This document shows positions 1 through 7,967 of a stretch of 64,000 nt of DNA, one piece after another. The notes beneath the pieces are model-generated. The model was not told the origin of the DNA, did no database searches, and worked only from the letters and a program-made list of their open reading frames with translations. The translations under genes and the position numbers were made by a program. Every line of letters begins with the position of its first letter. Position 1 is the first letter of the stretch. Source of the DNA: an uncultured virus (IMG/VR IMGVR_UViG_3300021389_000006) (lineage: Duplodnaviria > Heunggongvirae > Uroviricota > Caudoviricetes); the IMG/VR virus record IMGVR_UViG_3300021389_000006; one strand, 5' to 3'.

Positions 1-2
1 TT

Positions 3-254
3 ATCTTTGATGTAACTGATGAAGGAAATGACAACATTCACTTGTTGAAACTTTCTTGGGATAATCAACTTAAGTGGTTCTACCAAAATGGTACTATGGA
101 CTACATGGGAAGAACTCAAGGATTTGCTTCTACTGGTCAGTTTAATGGATATAGAGTATATATGACTCAGACCATGCCGGCTATATGGGTTAAGGATCCA
201 ACCAAAGTTCTTAAAATTGTAATGAGAAACCCTGTAACAGGAGGCTCATTCTAA
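3..254 (+). CDS. Major capsid protein, C-terminal fragment (5'-truncated by window edge), crAss-like
   Basis: The frame is open from position 3 (IFDVTDEGNDNIHLLKLSW...). The C-terminus GYRVYMTQTMPAIWVKDPTKVLKIV resembles crAss-like MCP ends. It is followed by a strong terminator and the usual post-MCP structural block. Confidence 0.7.
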   Translation: MFDVTDEGNDNIHLLKLSWDNQLKWFYQNGTMDYMGRTQGFASTGQFNGYRVYMTQTMPAIWVKDPTKVLKIVMRNPVTGGSF

Positions 255-266
255 GAACTATAATTA

Positions 267-304
267 AAGGGGAGGGGCTAATACCTCCTCCCTTTTTATT
301 TTTA
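267..304 (+). terminator. Rho-independent terminator after MCP
   Basis: Stem AAGGGGAGGGG (267-277) / CTCCTCCCTTT (285-295) with G-U pairs, followed by a T-rich tract. Confidence 0.8.
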
Positions 305-325
305 ACCTTTAAAATATAACTAATC

Positions 326-520
326 ATGGCACTAGATATTAAAAGACAAAATAAAACATATGAGTTTTCAAATTCAAGTGTTTCAAAAATACTTGCTTCT
401 AAAGCTGTTGGTAAAGACATCTTAGCTAGAGACCATGCAGATAATGCAGCAGCAATAGCTGCAGGTTTAGCAAAAGGTGATATATATCACACTACAGGAG
501 CTTTGAAAATAGTTGTTTAA
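326..520 (+). CDS. Small putative virion decoration/fibre protein (64 aa)
   Basis: C-terminal ADNAAAIAAGLAKGDIYHTTGALKIV motif of the type seen at ends of Bacteroidota phage fibre proteins. A-rich leader; lies next to MCP. Confidence 0.55.
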   Translation: MALDIKRQNKTYEFSNSSVSKILASKAVGKDILARDHADNAAAIAAGLAKGDIYHTTGALKIVV

Positions 521-535
521 AAGTCAAAAAACTTT

Positions 536-555
536 AGCAAGGGTAAAACCTTGCT
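536..555. other. Intergenic hairpin
   Basis: AGCAAGG-gtaaaa-CCTTGCT, a perfect 7-bp inverted repeat. Confidence 0.6.
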
Positions 556-577
556 TTAGAAATTAGTAATAATAAAT

Positions 578-593
578 GTACATAATTATGTAC
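578..593. promoter_or_regulatory. Perfect 16-bp palindrome, candidate operator
   Basis: GTACATAATTATGTAC is its own reverse complement and lies about 45 nt upstream of the 338-aa gene. Confidence 0.4.
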
Positions 594-636
594 TTTTGAC
601 TGTGAATAATAATTATTAATTTAAAACCAAAAAAAA

Positions 637-1653
637 ATGAGTGAGTACACTATTGTAGAAAAGTATCAGCAGGAAAAAAAACAATCTGTTGCAGTGCGTC
701 CATTTTTTAATCCTAATAAAGAAAATATGGGATTGGAACAATATGGATTGGCATTACATGATGGAGTATACCATGAAGAATCATTAGCATGTCTAGAGAT
801 GAATGGAGTAAAAAGATATGTTACTGGTTTAAATGAATTTGCACCTGAAGTAAAAATGTTAGCACCTAAGGAGAAAAAAGCAAAGATTAAAGAAATTAGA
901 ACTGTAGTTGCAGAATTAGAAGCATCTCTTGCAGCTAATGTAGTTGATCCAGAAGACAAAGATTTTTGGAACAACTTAACTATTATGAGTCCTAATAATG
1001 ATAAATTTTGGGACAAGATTAGTTTAAGATGTGGTAATGATCCAGTATTCTTAGATCCAGAATTAGATCCATATGATAGAATTAAACTATATGCCATTAA
1101 AGCAGGTGGCTTTTCTATAGTAGCAAAGTCATTAAAAGATGCTAAAGTAAACTCTAAAGGAGTTAAGTTTTATTTAGATACGTTAGAAGAAACGTTAACT
1201 ACTAGAACTGAACTTAGTAAAATAAGAAATAGAGCATTAGTAGAATTACAAAAAATGTATGATGGTAATGCAACAAAGCTTATGTATGTAGCTAAAATCT
1301 GTGATTCAAATAGCACACAGTATAGTAAGTCTACTCCTAATGATGTTATGTATGAAAATATGGATGACTATATTCAAGGTCATGGATCTGAAGGTAATAA
1401 GAAAAAAGCAGCACAAAACTTTTTAGATGTTTCTACATTAAGTATGGAGGAAATAAAAATAAGAGCACTTGTTAAAGACTGTTTATTTTATAGATTCTTA
1501 CTGACTAAAGCAGGGGGATGGATTGAGCCAATGGATAGTGGTATTAGAATGGGTAAAAGACCGTCTGAATGTTTAGATTTTTTAATGGATCCTAAAAATG
1601 AAGAAAGTTTATTATCTCTAATGGATAAAGTTGAACCATATTGGAATGCTTAA
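637..1653 (+). CDS. Conserved crAss-like protein downstream of MCP (gene-75-like, function unknown)
   Basis: 338-aa ORF. Its position right after MCP matches crAss-like synteny. Confidence 0.55.
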   Translation: MSEYTIVEKYQQEKKQSVAVRPFFNPNKENMGLEQYGLALHDGVYHEESLACLEMNGVKRYVTGLNEFAPEVKMLAPKEKKAKIKEIRTVVAELEASLAANVVDPEDKDFWNNLTIMSPNNDKFWDKISLRCGNDPVFLDPELDPYDRIKLYAIKAGGFSIVAKSLKDAKVNSKGVKFYLDTLEETLTTRTELSKIRNRALVELQKMYDGNATKLMYVAKICDSNSTQYSKSTPNDVMYENMDDYIQGHGSEGNKKKAAQNFLDVSTLSMEEIKIRALVKDCLFYRFLLTKAGGWIEPMDSGIRMGKRPSECLDFLMDPKNEESLLSLMDKVEPYWNA

Positions 1654-1665
1654 AAATAATTAAAA

Positions 1666-2367
1666 ATGGAAAATAATACATTACTTATAAAACTTAAGCA
1701 AAGGCTGAATAAGCTTGATAGCCAAGACTATGATAATATAGAATGTTGGCAGTTTGTTGAGGCTTTTAACAAATCACAAGTTGAGTGGTGTAGAAGAAAC
1801 TTACATGGGGGGAATATGTATCAGGAAGGTGATGAGTTATCCAAAAGAAGAGTGGATGACTTGCAACCTCTCCTAATTGAATTATCCCTTACAGGTAATG
1901 TTTTTCCAGATTATTTTGAGACAGACAATTTTCCTGAGGAAACTTATTTAGAATTTAAGAAAGTTACTACACAGGCAAAAGATGACTGTTGTACTCCAAG
2001 ATCAATGACTGTATATTTAGCTGAAGAAGCTAATGTTAATTTAATTATGAGAGATCCCTTAAAGAATCCAGATTTTGAATGGGGAGAAACTTTTTGTACT
2101 ATGCTTGATAACAAGATAAGAATATACAAAAGAAATTTTGATATAGTAAATCCTGTATTAACTTATTATAGACAACCTACATTGATACAAGTACAAGGCT
2201 GTACAGATCCATACACTGGTAATATTAGCTTGAATAATGTTATATGTGAGTTTAAAGATGATTTAGTAGAAGTAATCCTTGATGATACTGCAGCATTGAT
2301 TGCAGGTGATATAGAAAATATGTATCAGCAACAAAGAGGATTGCAGGCTGCTGAAAGAAATAATTAA
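1666..2367 (+). CDS. Putative tail ring / head-tail connector protein
   Basis: 233 aa. N-terminal LKQRLNKLDS...AFNKSQ and C-terminal LTYYRQP...CEF...EVILD patterns are typical of crAss ring proteins; synteny agrees. Confidence 0.6.
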   Translation: MENNTLLIKLKQRLNKLDSQDYDNIECWQFVEAFNKSQVEWCRRNLHGGNMYQEGDELSKRRVDDLQPLLIELSLTGNVFPDYFETDNFPEETYLEFKKVTTQAKDDCCTPRSMTVYLAEEANVNLIMRDPLKNPDFEWGETFCTMLDNKIRIYKRNFDIVNPVLTYYRQPTLIQVQGCTDPYTGNISLNNVICEFKDDLVEVILDDTAALIAGDIENMYQQQRGLQAAERNN

Positions 2368-2459
2368 TATATTGTTTATCTGATAGAAAATCATTATATT
2401 ATTATAGTAACACTGATGTTACAAGCAGAGTAAACTGTTTAAATCTTTTTTTATAACCA

Positions 2460-2479
2460 GTGAGGGTAATGGTCCTCAC
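2460..2479 (+). promoter_or_regulatory. Leader hairpin upstream of the 490-aa structural gene
   Basis: GTGAGG-gtaatggt-CCTCAC ends 15 nt before the ATG at 2495. Confidence 0.4.
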
Positions 2480-2494
2480 ACAAAACAACAAATT

Positions 2495-3967
2495 ATGGCT
2501 TATTTTAATCATGCGTTTAATAAAACGTTTGTTGTGTCTTCAGTAGAGCAAACAGCAGGTACTGCTACTAGTGCTTTAGCTGCTGGTGAATTAGCATTAG
2601 TTGGTGGAAGTGACTGGAAGTCAGTTGCTATCCCAGGTGGTGCTGCTGTTCCAGCTGCATTAACTGCTGGTGAACTAGCGTACATTGTACAAGGTTCATT
2701 TTATACTAAAGATACAATTGGTAACAACCCAGGACATGGGGGTTACAAAGAATCAGTAAAATCTAAAGGGATTAACCCAAGATATCTTACTAGAATGTGG
2801 GCAGCAAACTGTCTTACTGCATCACAAGCAACTGCTAAATTATGTTTAGCATCTGATTGTGCTCCTTGTGGTAAAACGCAGTTTATGAGAATTGATGTAA
2901 AAGGTTCTCCTGCACTTAGATTTTTAAATCACAATGCATATGCAATTGCTGACTCAGCAAATGTATGTTGTGTTGAAGGGCAAGAATATATTGACCCGGC
3001 TTTAATCATTGCTAATATGGCTAAAATGGCTTTAGGTGATCCACTTATCAAACCATTTGTTGCTGAAGCTGATGTAGACGGTGTTGATGCTAGTACATTA
3101 TCAGCTGGTGGTAATGGTTATACAGTATCAACTCAAGCTACTTCTGGTAGTTCTACAGGTTCAGGTGCAACTATTAACATTGTAAGTTTAGGTGTTAGTG
3201 ATGCTATTGCTACTTACTCTATTGCTAGTGCAGGATCAGGCTATGTAGCTGGAGATGTATTAGCTGTAGCTGGTGGTACAGATGGTGCTATTTTAGTAGA
3301 TTCAGTTTCTGAAGGTGGTGTTATTGTAACAACTACTACAGGTGGCGTATCTACTCAAGCAGTTTATAGTATTGCTGAAGTAGTTGATGGAACATATGTT
3401 GCTTCAACAGATCCAAACGGAGCTACTAAGGTTTCTGCATGTGTAGAATTCAAAGGTGCATACGTTGACACTGTATTTGGTAACTGTTCTTTTGACACTA
3501 GAGATCATTTCAATGCTGAGCCTGTAGAGATCATTGTATCTTTATTAGATGAAACAGGTAATCCATGTAATGACTGTGGTGTTGCTTCAGCTACACCAGG
3601 TTCAATGCAACAAACACAAGGTGAAGAAGTAATTAGAGAATTAATTATGTCTGAGAGATACCGTCAGTCTCCTTATAACCAAGGAAATGCTGATAGTGCT
3701 AGAATCAGAGAGATTGAATTATCTGATGAGCTTTTAGCTGCAGTTGATAGAACATCAACATACAGAGCTTATTACGTACAACATTCTGTGCCAAGATTCA
3801 ACAATCCATCAGGAGTGTTTGATAATGACCAGTATCAGTATAAGATCTATGTTAAATGTAGTGATACAGCAGCACAAAATGCTATGGAGGATTTCCTTCA
3901 AGGATTACAAGCATGGGCTAAAGACAATGGGAATAACTTACCTATTGAGGAAAATGCTGTTTGGTAA
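2495..3967 (+). CDS. Abundant structural protein, probable auxiliary capsid protein
   Basis: 490 aa, Ala/Gly/Thr/Cys-rich, with its own leader and terminator. Its position matches the crAss auxiliary capsid gene. Confidence 0.5.
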   Translation: MAYFNHAFNKTFVVSSVEQTAGTATSALAAGELALVGGSDWKSVAIPGGAAVPAALTAGELAYIVQGSFYTKDTIGNNPGHGGYKESVKSKGINPRYLTRMWAANCLTASQATAKLCLASDCAPCGKTQFMRIDVKGSPALRFLNHNAYAIADSANVCCVEGQEYIDPALIIANMAKMALGDPLIKPFVAEADVDGVDASTLSAGGNGYTVSTQATSGSSTGSGATINIVSLGVSDAIATYSIASAGSGYVAGDVLAVAGGTDGAILVDSVSEGGVIVTTTTGGVSTQAVYSIAEVVDGTYVASTDPNGATKVSACVEFKGAYVDTVFGNCSFDTRDHFNAEPVEIIVSLLDETGNPCNDCGVASATPGSMQQTQGEEVIRELIMSERYRQSPYNQGNADSARIREIELSDELLAAVDRTSTYRAYYVQHSVPRFNNPSGVFDNDQYQYKIYVKCSDTAAQNAMEDFLQGLQAWAKDNGNNLPIEENAVW

Positions 3968-3993
3968 TAATTAAAATTATCAACCAAGATATT

Positions 3994-4029
3994 AGAGCAG
4001 GGGAGAAATCTCCTGCTCTTTTATTTTTT
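3994..4029 (+). terminator. Rho-independent terminator
   Basis: AGAGCAGGGGA-GAAA-TCTCCTGCTCT stem with a GNRA tetraloop, then TTTATTTTTT. Confidence 0.9.
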
Positions 4030-4044
4030 ATATGTTCTATTTTT

Positions 4045-4055
4045 TTTGTATATTA
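4045..4055 (+). promoter_or_regulatory. TTTGTATATTA candidate phage promoter motif
   Basis: Exact motif recurring in intergenic gaps: also 12059, 30051, 63643, 63730; variants at 16286 and 58674. Confidence 0.6.
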
Positions 4056-4088
4056 TCTATATAGTATCATTTATTAATAGAATACAAA

Positions 4089-4670
4089 ATGGCAGACAGA
4101 CATATATTAAGTTTAGAAATACCTACAGTATCTAACTGTAATTTACTTTGCATAAAAGATACAAGTCAATATTCAAAGGATTTAGCAGTTGATTGTGAAG
4201 AGTTATTAATTACTTTACCTGGCTATTCTGTACCTGTTTTAATTAAGGTTGATAAAGATTTTGACATGTGTTTAACGGCATGTACACTTGCTTTGCAAAC
4301 CACGGATTGTGGTACAAAACAAGAAAATATACCTGATGGTATATATATCATAAGATACAGTGTATCACCTAATTCAAAGGTATACGTAGAATACAATCAT
4401 CTAAGAGTTACACAATTACTTGGACAATACTATGAAGTATTGTGTGATCTAGATGTACAACCCTGTCAACCTGATTCTGAGAAACAAGAATTATTAGCTG
4501 AAATGAGTTATATAAAAACAATGATTGATGCTGCCGTTTCAAATGCAGAATATTGTCAATCTACAACTCAAGCTATGCAAATATATAATTATGCAAAAGC
4601 CAGATTAAATAAGATTACTTGTCCAACTGGAAATTGTGGATCAGCAAAGAGAGGAATGTATTACGTATAA
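4089..4670 (+). CDS. Cys-rich structural protein (tail hub-like)
   Basis: 193 aa. The IPDGIYIIRYSV beta-strand motif and helical C-terminus are typical of crAss tail hub proteins; synteny agrees. Confidence 0.45.
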   Translation: MADRHILSLEIPTVSNCNLLCIKDTSQYSKDLAVDCEELLITLPGYSVPVLIKVDKDFDMCLTACTLALQTTDCGTKQENIPDGIYIIRYSVSPNSKVYVEYNHLRVTQLLGQYYEVLCDLDVQPCQPDSEKQELLAEMSYIKTMIDAAVSNAEYCQSTTQAMQIYNYAKARLNKITCPTGNCGSAKRGMYYV

Positions 4671-4682
4671 AACCAAAGAATT

Positions 4683-4871
4683 ATGAATAACTGTTCAGTA
4701 TGTGGAAAAAAATTTACGTGTGGATGTCAAAAGACACATGATGAAAATGGAAATGTAATTTGCAAAGGATGTAAAAACTCATCTAAAGCTAAACAACAAG
4801 CTACAGAGGGTAGTAGAAATTTATCTTTAGAACTTGCTAAACAACAAATAGTGAATTTAAAAAATGGGTAA
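4683..4871 (+). CDS. Small Cys-rich (zinc-finger-like) protein
   Basis: CSVC...CGC...CKGC within 62 aa; preceded by an AAAACCAA leader. Confidence 0.6.
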   Translation: MNNCSVCGKKFTCGCQKTHDENGNVICKGCKNSSKAKQQATEGSRNLSLELAKQQIVNLKNG

Positions 4872-5403
4872 ACCTAGAGAAATATCAAATGCAAATCAAG
4901 TAAAGCATGTGGCTCTTGAAAAAAGAATAAGAGTAGAACAGACTTTTGCTAACCAAGCATATGCAAACTTTAAAGAAGTTAAGTTTGGTATTGAAGCATG
5001 TTGTTATACTGATTTTGCTAATGCAGTATTACAAAAAGAATTATGTGATTGGTTAGATAAAAAATCAGATAAGGTTGTTGTTGCAACAGAAGATAAAGGT
5101 GTATTTGTTGAGCCATTGGCAAAAATAAATGTAAAGGCAAGTGTATCTTGTCCGGCTGTTCCTACTAATGTATGTACAGTATTAGATTTAGCAGATATAC
5201 TTGCAAATGAAGCAACGTTTGTACAGTGTTTTGAGATAGCTGCTGCGGTATGGACAATAACACATAATTTAGGGGAGTATCCATCAGTAACAATAGCTGA
5301 CTTAGATAATAATGTAGTGATAGGTGATATAGATTATTTATCTACTAACCAAATAAGAGTATCATTTAGTAATTCATTTGCAGGGTGTGCTTTTTTAAAT
5401 TAA
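4864..5403 (+). CDS. Virion/tail fibre-associated protein
   Basis: C-terminal WTITHNLGEYPSVTIAD...IRVSFSNSFAGCAFLN beta domain common in phage tail-fibre modules. Confidence 0.55.
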   Translation: MGKPREISNANQVKHVALEKRIRVEQTFANQAYANFKEVKFGIEACCYTDFANAVLQKELCDWLDKKSDKVVVATEDKGVFVEPLAKINVKASVSCPAVPTNVCTVLDLADILANEATFVQCFEIAAAVWTITHNLGEYPSVTIADLDNNVVIGDIDYLSTNQIRVSFSNSFAGCAFLN

Positions 5404-5448
5404 AAAATAACAATTAAACAATAATAATAACAATTAAAAATAAATAAA

Positions 5449-7878
5449 ATGGCAATACAATTTTTAGCAGGTATTCAAGTTGATGGGCATATCACGCTTA
5501 TCAACCAGGGTACGTTCAAGAACGCCAGAATTCAAAATGAAACTGCAGATCCAACTGGTGCTAGCTTGCTAGGAGATGGGCAGATTTATTACAATTCTAG
5601 CACAGACAAAATGAGACTCCGTGCAAATGGAGCATGGGTAGATTTTACAACTGGATCAGATTCTAATACAACTTATGAACTATTTGGTATAGGTGGTGTT
5701 AATGGAACAGCAGGCATCCAATTATTAGATAGCGATAATGTAGCTGATAATGTAATAATACAAGGTGATGGTACAGCATCAGCATCCTTAACCGTAACCA
5801 GAGCATCAGGTACAAATACTCTTACAGTTACAACAAATGCTACAAATAATGTTGGTACAGTTACTTCTTTAACAGGAGGAACTGGTATAACAATTACAGG
5901 TTCTCCTTCTACAACACCAACAGTTAATATTGATACTCTAGGTACAAATAATGCAATTGAAGTATTAACTGCTGCAGATCCAGTAGGAACTGATTATGTT
6001 TGGTTCTCAGATGTAAGTGATAGTAATACATTAAGAAAATCACTTATTTCTAATATGCCTGGTTTTGGTAAAGACGGTACAGTTACTTCTATAGGAACTG
6101 GAGCTGGTTTAACAGGTGGCACAATTGTTTCTTCAGGAATATTAGCAGTAGATTATGCAGGTACAGATAACGTTGTATTAGCGGCAGCAGATGGAACATC
6201 TGTTACATTAGCAGGAACTGATAAAGTAATATTTTCTGATGCTTCAGATAGCAATGCTAAATTTGCAAACTTATCTCAAGTAGCAACTTATATTAATGCG
6301 GGTGCAGGTTCTGTAACTTCAGTAGGTGTAAGTGGTGGTAGTACTGGAATGTCCTTTGCTAACTCTCCAATTACTTCTAGTGGTACTATGACAATGTCAG
6401 GTACATTAGACGTAGATAATGGTGGTACTGGATTAACTAGTTATACAGCAGGAGACTTACTATATGCTTCTGGTACATCAACATTAGCTAAAATAGCTAT
6501 AGGATCAACAGGTAAAGTATTAAAAGTAGATAGTAATGGTCTTCCAGCATGGGCTACAGATACAAACACAGGATTAACAAGTGTTGGTATTACAGAAACA
6601 GGTACTGCTCTTACAATTACAAATTCACCTCTTACAGCAAATGGCGATATTAATATTGCAGGTGCAGGTACTTCTAATCAAGTAATTTTAGGTGACTTAT
6701 CCCTTGCTACTTTACCAGTAGATGGTGTAACAAGTGTAGGAAGTGGTTTAGGTCTTACAGGTGGTACTATAACAAGTACAGGATCACTTGCAGTAGATTA
6801 TTCTGCAACAGGTATTATTGGTGATGCTGGTGGAATGTCAGGCAGTGCAGAGGCAGATGATCTAATTTTAATTGGTGATGATAGTGCAGCAGGAGCTGTT
6901 AAAAAGGCTGCTTTAGTTGATATACCACTTGACGTATTAGGTGTACCAAATAATAATGTAGCGTTAGGAAATAATAAAATTACTGGCCTTGCAACTGGTA
7001 CAGCTGGAACAGATGCTGTTAATTTAGCACAAATGCAATCTGCAGTAGCCGGAGTAGGTGTATTCCAAGGTGGCTATAATGCATCAACAAACAATCCTGC
7101 ATTAACAGGAGGAAGTAACGTAGCATTAACACAAGGTGACTTTTATGTTGTAACACAAGACGGAACCTTCTTTACAGAATCACTTGAAGTAGGTGACTTA
7201 ATATTTGCAAATGCAGATATTGCAGCAAGTTCTACACCTTCATTAAGTGACTATACGGTAGTAATTCAAGATCAAAATATTGCTGGTGTAGGTGCAACAG
7301 ATGGGGCAACTGAAAAAGGTGTTGCTGGATTTAGTAATGCTTCTTTTGCTGGAACAGTTAATGGCTTTATTACAATTAAAGCAGGTGGTATTAGTGATGC
7401 TCAGTTAGCAAGTACATTTAATAAAATCATTGGTACTGACTCAGATATTGATACCTCAGGTGTTGATGTAATTGACACATTAACAATGACTGATGGTGTT
7501 ATTACAGCTCATTCTACAAGAACATTACCTGATTCAACTTATGGTGCACGAGGTGTAGCTGAAACAGCAACTCAAACAGAAGTAGATGCGGGTACAGCAG
7601 GACAACAGTTGTTTGTATCACCAGCTACTTTAAAAGTTCATCTTGAAAAAAGAACTTATGTGGCTAGTGGACCAGCAACGGCAACTAGTTCTTTTTCAAT
7701 AACAGCAGGAACACACGGGTTGGGTACAGGACCATTTATTACGCAAGTATACAATGCAGGTGGTTTTGAAGTAAAAGTTCAAACAGAATATAACACTACT
7801 AGTGGTAATGTTGATTTTAGTTGGACAAATAATATTACTGCAAATAGCCTGAAATTTATAATAATGAAGGTAGTATAA
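5449..7878 (+). CDS. Tail fibre protein
   Basis: 809 aa, G/T/S-rich, with repeated GTVTS(V/I/L)xxGxGLTGG.IT..G.L.VDY units, KITGLATGTAGTDAVNLAQM and a C-terminal THGLGT domain. Confidence 0.8.
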   Translation: MAIQFLAGIQVDGHITLINQGTFKNARIQNETADPTGASLLGDGQIYYNSSTDKMRLRANGAWVDFTTGSDSNTTYELFGIGGVNGTAGIQLLDSDNVADNVIIQGDGTASASLTVTRASGTNTLTVTTNATNNVGTVTSLTGGTGITITGSPSTTPTVNIDTLGTNNAIEVLTAADPVGTDYVWFSDVSDSNTLRKSLISNMPGFGKDGTVTSIGTGAGLTGGTIVSSGILAVDYAGTDNVVLAAADGTSVTLAGTDKVIFSDASDSNAKFANLSQVATYINAGAGSVTSVGVSGGSTGMSFANSPITSSGTMTMSGTLDVDNGGTGLTSYTAGDLLYASGTSTLAKIAIGSTGKVLKVDSNGLPAWATDTNTGLTSVGITETGTALTITNSPLTANGDINIAGAGTSNQVILGDLSLATLPVDGVTSVGSGLGLTGGTITSTGSLAVDYSATGIIGDAGGMSGSAEADDLILIGDDSAAGAVKKAALVDIPLDVLGVPNNNVALGNNKITGLATGTAGTDAVNLAQMQSAVAGVGVFQGGYNASTNNPALTGGSNVALTQGDFYVVTQDGTFFTESLEVGDLIFANADIAASSTPSLSDYTVVIQDQNIAGVGATDGATEKGVAGFSNASFAGTVNGFITIKAGGISDAQLASTFNKIIGTDSDIDTSGVDVIDTLTMTDGVITAHSTRTLPDSTYGARGVAETATQTEVDAGTAGQQLFVSPATLKVHLEKRTYVASGPATATSSFSITAGTHGLGTGPFITQVYNAGGFEVKVQTEYNTTSGNVDFSWTNNITANSLKFIIMKVV

Positions 7879-7894
7879 TAACAATTATTAAATT

Positions 7895-7938
7895 GGGGAA
7901 AGCTTAGATATATCAATTTAAGCTTTTCCCTTTTTTTT
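7895..7938 (+). terminator. Rho-independent terminator
   Basis: GGGGAAAGCTTA ... TAAGCTTTTCCC stem followed by T8. Confidence 0.85.
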
Positions 7939-7967
7939 AAATTTAGTATCTTAGCAAAAAAAAGAAC

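Noticed and set aside
42..254. Independent 70-aa protein starting at TTG 42
   Set aside because: The frame is open to the window edge; it is the tail of a longer gene (MCP).
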